From the NCBI RefSeq assembly GCF_006345805.1, contig NC_043011.1:57114464-57178463 (forward strand): 64,000 bases of DNA. Direction: 5' to 3'. Below, piece by piece: positions 1 to 10,945 of the stretch (positions are counted from its first letter, which is position 1; the number at the start of each line of letters is the position of its first letter). Source of the stretch: Octopus sinensis. Its lineage: Eukaryota. Below the pieces are notes generated by a model. That model made no database searches. It had not been told where the DNA came from and saw only the letters and a program-made list of their open reading frames with translations. The position numbers were made by a program, and so were the translations under genes.

Positions 1-297
1 CATGCTGGGGTACCAGCTTCAAAGGATTTACTCAATTATTGATTCCACCCAACCTATGGAAGTGAGATGTTAAACAATGATGATGATGATTACAGAGAGA
101 GAGAGAGAGAAAAAAAGAGAGAGAGAGATCATTATTTAATGGCAGTTATCCAATGGGTTGGATGGTTTGACAGGAGGTGGAAAGTCAAAGGACTGCAACA
201 AGACCCACTGTTTGTTTTGGCATAGCTTTTACAGCTGGATGCCCTTCTTGACACCAGCCACTTTACAGAGTGGACTAGGTGCTTTTTACCTGGTACT

Positions 298-1520
298 CAT
301 CATCATCATCGTTTAACATCTGCTTGCCATTCTGGCATGGATTGGACAATTTGACTGAGGACTGGCGAGCCAGATGGCTGCACCAGACTCCAATCTGATC
401 TGGCAGAGTTTCTACAGCTGGATGCCCTTCCTAATGCCAACCACTCCAAGAGTGTAGTGGGTGCTTTTATGTGCCACCAGCATGAGGACCAGTAAGGCAG
501 TATTAGCAACAGCTACGCTCAAATGGTGTTTTTTACATGCCACCAGCACAGGAGTTAGTCCAGCGGCACTGGCAGCGACCTCACTTGAATATTTTTTTCA
601 CGTGCCACTGATGCAATGCTGGCAATGATCATGCTCGAATGGTGCTTTTTACATACCACCGGCATGGAAGCCAGTCAGCTGCCTTGGCAACGATCATGCT
701 TGGATGGTGCTCTTAGTGCTCCACTAGCACAGATGCCAGTCATGCTGTGCTATCGCTGAATTTGATTTCGATTTCATTTGCCTCAACAGGTCTTCACAAG
801 CAGAGTTTAGTGTACAATGAAGGAAAGGTATACATAAGTGGGCTGGTTACACCCCTGGCATAGGCCACAGGTTAGGGTCTCACTTGGCTTGCTGGGTCTT
901 CTTAAGCACAGCATATTTCCAAAGGTCTCAGTCACAAGTCATTGCCTCGGTGAGGCCTAATGTTCGAAAGTTGTGCTTCACCAACTTATTCCATGTCTTC
1001 TTGGGTTTATCTCTTCCACAGGTCCCCTAGGGTGTGGCATTTTTCACACAGCTATCCTCATCCATTCTCACATGACCATACCAGCACAGTCGTCTCTCTT
1101 GCACATAACATCTCTCAAGGTACTTACACTGTTGAATATGCACACTGACATTACACATTCATCAGAGCATTTATAAGCAGCCATCTTTCCCCTTTTCTGG
1201 TGAGGATGTAGTCAATTTGGCTAGTAAGTCTGCCAGAATGGTAGGTGACTGGCAGGTTTCCTGAAGTTAGTATTGCAAACCATAAGAACATTTGCATCAC
1301 AGAACTCCAGCAGCCTGGTTCCCGCCTCATTGCAGGAACCAAAACCATGTATGCCAGGGAAGCCCCCTCTATGTTGTCCAACATGTCCATTGAAGTCACT
1401 AGCCACAAAGAGAAAGTCCCTGTCATTCGTCAACAAGGTAGTTTGCAAGAGGGTGTCATAAAATCAGGCTTTCTGTCCATCAGGTAGCCCCGGCTGAGAT
1501 AATGGTTGCTAACCCATGAT
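298..1520 (-). mobile_element. RTE-clade LINE remnant: endonuclease fragment fused to ORF C-terminus and long 3'UTR (family A tail)
   Basis: Minus strand reads PGLPDGQK..FYDT..FVASDFNGHVG..CNEAGTRLLEFCDAN..TNFRKP..SQIDYILTRK (APE domain). It then runs directly into MCNVSVH..VQERRLCWYGHVRMDED..KPKKTW, followed by a 3'UTR with internal repeats and an (ATG)n tail. Confidence 0.9.
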
Positions 1521-1551
1521 GAAGCACTAATCTAATCTTAAGTATTCTTAC

Positions 1552-1897
1552 CTGCACACTATATTTCGGTTGTTGACTTTCACTTTACTAACAGCGTCCC
1601 TGTACATGGTTTGGATAGCTCTCACCAACCACCCATCTACCCTTAACTTCTGCATTGACCACCAAATGAGGGAGCAAGGGATTCTCACAAAGGTTTTCTC
1701 CATATTGACAAAGGTCATGAACAGCAGTTTATTCTTTGTCCAAATGCTTTTCCTCGAGTTGCTTTATTAGGAAAAGAACATCAATAGAGCTTCATCCTGG
1801 CACAAAACAAAAAACTTCATCTCATCTAGGTTAAACCCCTTTCTAATTAGTTGAGCTGTGACCCTTTCTGTAACTTTCAAGACCTTGTAACTCATAT
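1552..1897 (-). mobile_element. RTE LINE reverse-transcriptase fragment (degenerate)
   Basis: FLIKQLEEKHL..KNKLLFMTFVNMEKTFVRIPCSLIWWSMQKLRVDGWLVRAIQTMYRDAVSKVKV resembles the RT motif around FVDLEKAFDRVP; stops and frameshifts present. Confidence 0.85.
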
Positions 1898-2411
1898 CTA
1901 AACACAGAAAAATAAAATGCTATGACAAAAGAAAAATTCTTATAATGAAACTGAATCTAATAACCTTTGAATTGAAATAACCACATTGGCTGTCAAGGCT
2001 TACACTTGCAGGAATTTATAGAATTAAAAACAAACAGAGCAAGAGAGATGGGGGAGGGAGGGGGAAGCATTATACAATACTTAGGCAACCTGATATGAGA
2101 AACAAAAAATACTGCCAGAAACAGAAACAGGAAATAGATTCAATAATAAACTGGCATTTATAACCAAAATATGGCAATTATTATTTTTATTAATATTATT
2201 ATCATTTGTAGTAGCAGTAGTAGTAGTAATCTGTCCCTTCAATCTGTTGGCTTTGTGGCATTATTGTTACTACTACTACTACCTTTATGATTTGTGCTTC
2301 AGGCAAGACGACAAACGTGATTATTCGGCTGAGAGTACTTTCATTTCCCAGTGACCATTGTAAAGATATGGAGAGAAGGATGCTGTAAACTCTATGCCAG
2401 CCAGCCAAAAT

Positions 2412-2790
2412 ATCATCATCATCATCATCATTTCAATACCCTCTTTCATATGTTCACATGGGTCAGATGGAGTTTACTGAGAGAGATCTTCTATGACCAA
2501 ATGTCCGTCCTTTTGTCTGCCTTCACCTATTTCTAAGCAAAGTAATATTTCCCCATTGCCAGACATGTCCTTCAAACAGTATAAGTCACATGCAACCATC
2601 ACATGACATCAAGACAAGGACACACACACTCGACAGGCTTCTTTCAGTTTCTGTCTTCCAAATCCACTCACAAGGCTTTAGGTGACCTGGGACTATAGCA
2701 GGAGACACTTGCCTAAGGTGCTGCACAGAGGGAATGAACCCATGACCATGTGGTTGGGAAGCAAGTTTTTCATCCACACACTCATGTCTG
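2412..2790 (-). mobile_element. SINE, working family E (tRNA-like B head + RTE-type tail)
   Basis: Head ..gggttcagtcccactg..ggaaactgaaagaagcc joined via (TG)n to the tail ..ggaaatattaccttgcttggaaacaggtgagggttgg..ggaagggcatc..catggaaaag..(atg)n. Other copies near 3322-3725(+), 13680-14055(-), 21362-21925(-), 26325-26700(-), 29935-30180(-), 32480-32750(+), 35960-36350(+), 37935-38327(+), 51355-51760(+), 58025-58490(+), 60285-60630(-) and 62960-63190(+). Confidence 0.8.
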
Positions 2791-4376
2791 TGCCTATATA
2801 TTTAATAAATTACAAGTCACCATCATCATCATCATTTTACATCTGCTTTTCCATGATGGCATGCAATGGATAAGAGCAAGTTCGCCCTGGACAAAATCTT
2901 AATCTATCATAGTTAAACGTCTCTGCAAAAGTTTTAGGTCTTGTTGTTTAACCTTAAACCAGTCCTGATTAAACAGGCTTACCTTTGTTTATATCCAGGA
3001 CAACCACAGTCGAAAATTACCTTCCTGTTTTAAGATGGTAAGGTGTAATTTGTGGAAATTTGGCAGCTAATTCTAGCAGGCTGAAAAGCAGCAGAAAAGC
3101 TTCCTCATCAGCTCATAGATTAGTATCTTATTGAGTCAATACAGGATTAAGCTCTCAGCTTCATGAAAAACCTGTAATTGATATAAACTCAATCCATGCA
3201 TGGATGAATGTCATGGATACTGTGGATAGATATGGGATTGCGTGGCTTGACATGTGCTGTAATCAGAGGTCTTGTAACAGGTGTGTATCTTTTACTCTCA
3301 ACACACTGATTTTTCACTCAGTAGGTTCAGGTGTGGAGATGTGGTTAAGAAGCTTGCTTCCCAATCATGTGGTCCTGGGTTCAATTCCACTGTGCATCAC
3401 CTTGGGCAAATGTTTTCTTCTATAGACCCAGCTCAATTAAAGCCTTATGAATGGATTTGCTTAATGGAAACTGAAAGAAGCTTGTTATGTGTGTGTTTAT
3501 ACCCTCCCTTGTCTAGACATCCTTTGAAGGCTGTATATGAGCATCATTGCCATACAAGCAATGTTGCTGAGCTTTTTCAATCTTCCATGAAAAACATCTT
3601 TGACTACGAGGAAATATTATCTTGTTTGTTTGGAAACAGCTGAGGGTTGGTGACAGGAAGGGCATCCAACCATAGAAAATCTGCCTCAATAAACTGAAAA
3701 AGTGGATGTTATGATGATGATGATGCAGTCTTAAGATTCAGAACAACTGGTCCTGATTTTAAAGAATGAAAGGAGATTATTGATGGAGATTTGATTACTT
3801 ACAGAGAAAATATTGAGCTATTAGAAAAGAAATTATCGATGTCTCATGGGACACAGAGTCAAGAATTTTGGTGGCTAAGAAACAATTCCCCATTCCATCA
3901 GCATGGATAGTATTTCACCACTGAGCAAATGATTTATGGGGAAAATGGTCCCCAAAGTCCGGAAGCCCTGTCGTTTTTGTTTTAGAGAAGAATGAAACAA
4001 TTACGTCAACGGATCACTAACACTGCTCCTCTTTGGATTTGTTTACATTGAATAGAATCTGTGTCACTGTTGCTAAGTAACCATAGTATTTTATCTATTT
4101 TGCTGCTGATATTTAAAGATCAGTTTTACATGTATATCTGAGGAGACTGTAATCACCGTATTGTTTCTGAGGCGTTTTGCCTCGAGAAACGACAATGAAT
4201 GGACAGGATTGCAGAACAAGGTCACTAGTCTGAGGCTTGACCTGGATATGTAAATAGATGTACTGTAGCATACATTCATACATAAACCAATGTCACATTG
4301 GTTATATTTATACGTGAATGGCTATCAGCTCATCTCTCTCTGATCATTATCCATCCACATGAATTTTTTTTTATTT

Positions 4377-4408
<32 letters not shown>

Positions 4409-4732
4409 ATTAAATGCTGTATCATATATTGCAACACATGCTTATCTGTTTCTATTATATATTTACTTATCTGTCCACAGGGAAGACTCATTATATTTAG
4501 GCCTTATCAGACGTCCTGTTATCACTAGAGATCATACTTAAATGGGTTATAGGAAATTTCGCTGTAAACATTCTTGCCGAAAATTTGCTGTTAGAATTTC
4601 GTTTTAAATGACCTCATCACAATTTTTAAATGTTTTATGTTGAATAAAGACTTGCCTACCTAATGTTTTTATAAAACCCCCTTTTTTTTTTTTAACTTTA
4701 AAAAATGTCATATGGCAAAATTTCTGGACACC

Positions 4733-4914
4733 GCAGGAGTGGCTGTGTGGTAAGTAGCTTGTTTACCAACCACATGGTTCCGGGTTCAGTCCCACTGCGT
4801 GGCACCTTGGGCAAGTGTCTTCTACTATAGCCTCGGGCCGACCAAAGCCTTGTGAGTGGATTTGGTAGACGGAAACTGAAAGAAGCCCGTCATATATATG
4901 TGTGTGTATATATA

Positions 4915-4955
<41 letters not shown>

Positions 4956-5206
4956 TATATATATGCATGTGTGTATTTGTGTGTCTGTGTTTGTCCCCCT
5001 AGCATTGCTTGACAACCGATGCTGGTGTGTTTATGTCCCTGTTACTTAGCGGTTCAGCAAAAGAAACCGATAGAATAAGTACTGGGCTTACAAAAGAATA
5101 AGTCCCGGGGTCGATTTGCTCGACTAAAGGCGGTGCTCCAGCATGGCCGCAGCCAAATGACTGAAACAAGTAAAAGAGTAAAAAGAGTAAAAAGAGTAAA
5201 GAGAGT
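4733..5206 (+). mobile_element. tRNA-derived SINE, working family B, full length
   Basis: Pol III-like head (ggagtggctgtgtggtaag..ggttccgggttcagtccc), central (TA)n/(TG)n, and 3' module ..ggcggtgctccagcatggccgcag.caaatgactgaaacaag(taaaagag)n. Other copies near 8760-9165(-), 17325-17620(-), 18290-18660(+), 30840-31100(-), 56280-56480(-) and 59568-59925(+). Confidence 0.85.
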
Positions 5207-5859
5207 TTAAATGTGTGATTATGACCGAGTGATGTAGTAATCCAGCATTGCTGTGTTCAGACAGGGCCCAAAAAGGCCCATTTGACACCACTGAAACATT
5301 CACACAACTTCATAGGAATAGATACCATCCTTATAACACCTATTAAAACACAGTATTAGAATGATCAAAACTAAAAGGCAAGTCCAGTCCCTCTTCACCC
5401 AAAGCAAACATTTAAACAGGTTTTGCCATGGAAAAAAAAAGAAAAAGTTTATCAACCGACCACTGCCATCATAGGTTGGTTATTGACGCTGGCAGGAACT
5501 GGATGAATCTTCAGTAGCATATTTTCGGTAAAATGGTTGGCGTTAGGAATGGCATCTGGCTATAGAAACCTTGCCAAAACAGACAACTGGAGCTTAGTGC
5601 AGCTCTTCTGGCCTGCCAACCCCTGTGAAACTGTCCAACCCCTGCTAGCATGGAAAATGGATGTTAAATGATGATGATTAGTTCATAAGCACTTGATTTC
5701 ATCAGGTTCCATATGGAAACTGTTCCAACAATATTGTATTTGATAGTATAAGACACAGGGACACGTAATACATATTCCAGCACATACTCACGAAGAAAAG
5801 TTTTTAATGCATTTAATCTTCTAATATTTAAAGAAACTTCTCCATATAGGATTATGCAT

Positions 5860-6560
5860 ATGGCGGCCTCTGATAAACATGTGTTTTTCTAAGCTCCTGG
5901 AAAATCGCGAAAGAGATATCTGAAAAGCTGCGAAGGCTTATTATAAATAAAACCCAAGGAAGCCTTGAATGTCTTCCTGAATGACAAGTATACACTAGAG
6001 GAAATATAAAGTGAAATATTTAAGCAGGAAGAATCTTTTGCGAATGTATGAATTATATACATCGCAAATAACAACATGTGGAATTTACGAAATTTCTAAA
6101 ATAACTGCGATTTTCAATCGAGAAAAAAAAAAAGAAATCATCATCATCTGAACAACTTTTGAGTGAAAATTTAACAAGACAAATTTAAAGAAGAACCATC
6201 TGGAATATACAGAAGGGAAAAACAGAAAAATTAAAAGCCGTTACAAATATACATTGGTTCCAACGTGATATTTTGGTTTTTCAAAAAAATGAAGAGATAT
6301 TTCAGCATGCTGGTCTGCTGCCTATGATGGGAATCGTGATTGATAGAAATTTCCATTGGTTGCGACATGCACACAGGAAGGACAACAGCGGATTCCCCCA
6401 GGCAAATCCTTTACTCCTGACGATGCAACAAGAAAAGAAACCATGAAAGCTCTAGACTGAAATTCAAAGACACTGCAAAAAAGGAATATGAAGCGGAAAG
6501 GAATCAATCAACCATAATAAATGGTGAGATCAAGAGAAAAACTGATCAACATGGAGAAAG
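5860..6560 (+). mobile_element. Old, highly degenerate LINE ORF C-terminal remnant (RTE-like)
   Basis: With frameshifts reads ..WLRHAHRKDNSGFPRQILYS..RLKFKDTAKRNMK, which resembles the LINE LRWFGHV.RM..RIPKQ..GRP.LRFKD C-terminus. Confidence 0.5.
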
Positions 6561-6899
6561 CTTATCAAGTCATGCCAAAGCCATGAACAGATAGATTGGC
6601 TGCAGGACAATATGGTCTGAAATATGGTAGAATTGAATTGGAATTGTTGATTGTGTAGTAGCAGGGAAGATATATTCTCAAAGAATAAATCAGCTTTCAT
6701 TTTGGGAGACTGTTCATGTTGATTGTGATATTAATAAATAAAATTGTCAAGTCAAACAATAGGAGATGGCTGAACGATTTTAAATAAACTCTGGGGAAGA
6801 TTAGGATTTGGTTGAAATTTAGTCTCAGGTCATTTCTGATTAAACAGACTGATGATGAGAGACATTCAAGTTATGACCATCACAACTTCTATTCAGACA

Positions 6900-7180
6900 G
6901 TGTATCATCATCTTCATCGTTTAATGTCCACCTTCCATGCTGGCATGGGTTGGACGGTTTGACAGGAAGAGTTGGCCAGGCAGAAGACTGCACCAGACTT
7001 CTGTGTCTGTTTTAACATGGTTTTTATGGCTGGATGCCCTTCCTAACACCAACCACTCTGCAGAGTGGACTGAGTGCTTTTTATGTGGCACCAGCTCAGG
7101 TGAGGTCCATTTTGGCAAGGTTTTTGCAGATGGATGCTCTTCCAGATGCCAACCACTTTACAGTGTGGACTGGATGCTTT
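6900..7180 (-). mobile_element. RTE-3'UTR-derived SINE-like element, working family A
   Basis: Signature catcatcgtttaa(c)gtcc..ccatgctggcatgggttggacggtttgac..ggctgcaccag..ggatgcccttcctaac.ccaaccac. Other copies near 125-290(-), 5530-5680(+), 10368-10550(-), 11345-11574(+), 14184-14415(-), 15517-15660(-), 20155-20345(-), 31595-31752(-), 32255-32447(+), 34793-35150(-), 37735-37915(+), 48644-48960(-), 49095-49323(+), 56620-56922(+), 57675-57925(-), 61838-62245(+) and 63290-63470(-). Confidence 0.85.
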
Positions 7181-7911
7181 TTCTAAGATATATATGATCC
7201 TGAAGACAAATATATAGTTTTTAAAATTTTATTTTAAGATGACATTGAATGATTTGAGCAAAATTTGGCTACTATTTTTAGTAGGTCAACTAATCGCAAA
7301 AAATTCCCGTTGTCAGCTCGTTAATAAATTAGCTTTTAGATGGTAATTAGATAATTTAGATCTTAAAATAGTCTGCAGAATTTTAATGTAGATTTGTAAA
7401 AAAGAAAAAAAAAATAATTTTCTATGGATGATGCCAAAATGTCAAAATAAATATCATTGAATTTTTTTGATAAAATTTTCATCCCTCTTTTTCGCAATTA
7501 TAGAAATGATCAATTTCATATGTTTTGCATCTACATCTATCTTTGACATTAAAATATATATATTTTCAATAAAATAAATTCTGCTAAATATAAAATTATT
7601 ACTAAACCAGTGATGGTTTAGGTTTTAATGAATAAATAAGTCATTGGTGAAGTTTTTGTCAAATTTCTTTGGATATTACCACAGTCGTTTTTTTTTTTTT
7701 TAAAGTAACAGTTCAATAAAGTCTTCTATTGTATCTTGAGGAGATAATTATATCAATAATGACAGAACGAGATGTGGAATCATTGTTGAGGTTGAGAATG
7801 GTGACGAAGGACTTTCACAAATCTGATTGATTAATTGGCCAAATGATTAATCAATTAATCAAACAATCAAGGAATTAATTGGCTACATAGTTAATCAATT
7901 AACTAATAATA

Positions 7912-8137
7912 ATAAGAATAATCTTTTCTACTGAAGGCACAAGGCCTGAAATTTTGGGGGAGGGGACTAGTTGATCACATTGACCACAGTATTGATTGGT
8001 ACTTAATTTACTGACCCCGAAAGGATGAAAAGGCAAAGTCAACCTCGGTGGAATGTGAACTCAGAACATGAAGACAGTCGAAATACTACTAAGCATTTCG
8101 CCCAGCACACTAATGATTCTGTCAGCTCACTGCCTTC

Positions 8138-8140
<3 letters not shown>
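7912..8140 (-). mobile_element. tRNA-derived SINE, working family C (Meta/Sauria-SINE-like central domain)
   Basis: Head gcgagctggcagaa.cgttagca..gaaatgcttagcggtatttcg..gagttcaaattcc plus core gactttgcctttcatcctttcggggtcgataaa..aagtaccag. Other copies near 13095-13302(+), 19945-20150(-), 38715-38930(-), 45245-45400(-), 47545-48125(+, three), 49800-50015(-), 50620-50850(+), 51105-51305(-), 52965-53100(+) and 55430-55640(+). Confidence 0.85.
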
Positions 8141-8170
<30 letters not shown>

Positions 8171-8375
8171 GAAGTGAACTAGAACCAGTGTGTGCATTTA
8201 TTATTAGCAAACTGACCCTCCCAAGATACAAGAGAATCTGTTTCAATACATGGGTTCACACCAAGAATATTGCAAACCAAATATGAAACTGAAAAAATAT
8301 TTTCAAAGTTACCATTTAATGATAATGGTGGCCATGGTGGAGCACCAAGAAATATAAATAGAAAGGTGTTGAGAG

Positions 8376-8415
<40 letters not shown>

Positions 8416-9501
8416 CGTGTGGAGGGGTTCCTTTATGATCAACTAGTCTACTTTTGCTGGTAGTATACTAAAACACCTGCTTTTGTTTATCATCATCATC
8501 ATCACCATTTAACATCCGTTGCCCACACTGGCATGGGTCGGACGGTTTGACTGGACTGGCATGCTAGAAGGCTGCACCCGGCTCCAATCACTAAATGCTA
8601 AAAGTGATTTGCAATAGTTGAAAAGGGGGGGCAGTTATGTCTTGTAGTTACCTTGTCAGGTGTTACTTCTGATAAAAGCTGAAGATGCTGGCTCTTGTGG
8701 CTCTCACGATAAAACACTCGATCAATCCAGGGAATGGAACGGTAAAATGATGATGTTCTTTTATCTTTCACTTGTTCCAGTCAGTGGGCAGTGGCCATGC
8801 TGGAGCACCACCTTGAAGAGTTTGGTCAGAACAAATTGCACTTAGTACTTATTTATTAATTATTTTGGTTAAAGCCAGGTACTTATTCTATTGGTCTCTA
8901 TAGCTGAACTGCTAAGTTACAAGAACATACACAAACCAATGCTGGATGTCAAGTGATAGTAGAGAGACGAACACATACAAAGACACGCACACACAAGACA
9001 GGCTTCTACATAGTTTCCATCTAGCAAATTAACTAATGAGGCATTGCTCACCCTAGGGCTAGAGTAAATGACATTTTCCCCAAGTTGCCACACTGTGGAA
9101 CTGAATCTGAAACCAAGAGTCTGCAAAGCAAGCTTCTTCACACACAACTACGTTGACACCTACACAGCCACAACAAGACTCGTTAAAAAAAAACCAAAAA
9201 CAAAACCACATAGGTAGAAAATATTGCTTACAACAAATAATTGAATTTCGTTTAAGCTGCAACAGATTACTTAGAATTAACGAGAGACGGCCAGCTAATA
9301 ATATTTATCTCCTCTAACAACACTCTCCACCCACACTTAATCCATCGATATATTTTTTCACCCACTACATCACCACATTACTTACTCGTATTTGCTCAAC
9401 CGATTATCAACATGTCGCATCATAATACTGGAGGATGAAGACTACCCTGACAGGGAAGATAACATGGAGACGTGTGTGTATGTCTGGGGGGGAGTCAGGT
9501 A

Positions 9502-9502
<1 letters not shown>

Positions 9503-9550
<48 letters not shown>

Positions 9551-9983
9551 ACCACCCCACCACCACCACCACACCACCACCACCACCACACACACCACCA
9601 CCACCACCACCCACCACCACCACCACCACACCACCACCACCACCACCACCACCACCACCACCACCACCACCACCACACCACCACCACCACCACCACCACC
9701 ACCCCACCACCACCACCACCACCACCACCACCACCACCACCACCAAACCGCACCACCACACCACACCACCACCACCACCACACCACCACCACCCCACCAC
9801 CACCACCACCACCACCACACCACCCACCACCACCACCACCACCACCACCACCACACCACCACCACCACCACCACCACCACCACACCACACCACCACCACC
9901 ACACCACCACCACCACACCACCTCACCACCACCACCACCACCACCACCACCACCACCACCACCACCACCACCACCACCACCAC
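9503..9983. repeat. Compound trinucleotide tract (GCC)14 followed by ~440 bp of imperfect (ACC)n
   Basis: Directly visible; it generates all the poly-A/T/P/H/V/W/G ORFs at 9392-10031. Confidence 0.97.
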
Positions 9984-10734
9984 CTGTCTTCACAGCTATT
10001 ACAAGTGATGCTGCTTTGTGTTGATAATTAGCATGCGTCTTGGAATCGTTGTTGTCAAGGAATTAAGTTTATTTTGTCTTATTTCACATAATAAAGAGTT
10101 AATGAACAAAGACACACTAACGAGATGTGGGTAGGAGACATTTAAGCACAGTTAGTTTGGTCGGCTCAAATTGTCAACCATGTTATGCATATCGTGGCCT
10201 TGATCTATAACAACATGGGTCAGCGCTCAGTCAAGGACTCTGCTTGGGTAACAAAAGCTCACCCACAGCAACCGTCCACAATGCACTGATTATCACTTGT
10301 CTTCACATCACTGTGCTGTGAGGCTGCATATTTTTTTTTTCATACAGATTACCCATCAATATACCTCCATCATCATTTAATGTTTGTTTTCCATGCTGGT
10401 ATGGGTTGGACAGTTTGACAGGACCTGGAAAGCCAGACAACTTCACCAGGCTCCAATTTTCTGTTTTGGCAGGGTTTCTACAGCTGGCTGCCCTTCCTAG
10501 TACCAACCACCTTACAAAGTCTACTGGGTGCTTTTCATGTGGCACCAGCAGCTCTGTTTTTGAACAGAAAAAATAGTTTTCACTCTCGTATTTTTATTAT
10601 TTACTGATGATATGTTGTTAAAGTTTATTCTAAATATTATTGCAACCATGAAACCACAATATCATTACGAGTATTTGAAGGTATTGATCCCTCTTCATTT
10701 CTTCCACTCATTTTTAATGATTCATCTTGACTGT

Positions 10735-10945
10735 TGTTGTTTAACCCCAGGTATGGCATGAATGAGCAGACCTGTGATCACTAGCATTCCAGCCATGGCT
10801 ACTTCAGCTCTGTTTAAAGCAGTGTGTCTAAGTCTATGATATCTAATATCCTTTCTGCTTCTTCTTAACACAGTAGGGTTCGATTTGAGGGAAATTTGGC
10901 TGTTATTTCTAACAAGTCAATTGACCAAGTAAAGGGCCTTCTCCA
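10735..10945 (+). mobile_element. Dispersed repeat, working family F (SINE-like, class uncertain)
   Basis: ttaaccccaggt..gagcagacct.tgatca..gcattccagcc.tg.c ... gatttgaggga.atttggctg.tatttcta. Related copies near 2935-3110, 22340-22560(-), a tandem pair at 22945-23370, and core fragments at 7245, 14735, 15370 and 48535(-). Confidence 0.6.

Noticed and set aside
3776-3910. IIDGDLITYRENIELLEKK resembling the CPSF1/DDB1/SF3B3 C-terminal IDGDL motif
   Set aside because: Similarity is limited to five residues, with no convincing splice sites or partner exons.
4091-4279. CpG-containing segment with a minus-strand acceptor and two short open frames
   Set aside because: No start codon after the acceptor, a weak donor and no recognisable peptide.
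9392-10031. Six long ORFs with poly-His/Pro/Thr/Ala/Val/Trp/Gly
   Set aside because: These are artefacts of a stop-free GCC/ACC triplet tract that is open in all frames.
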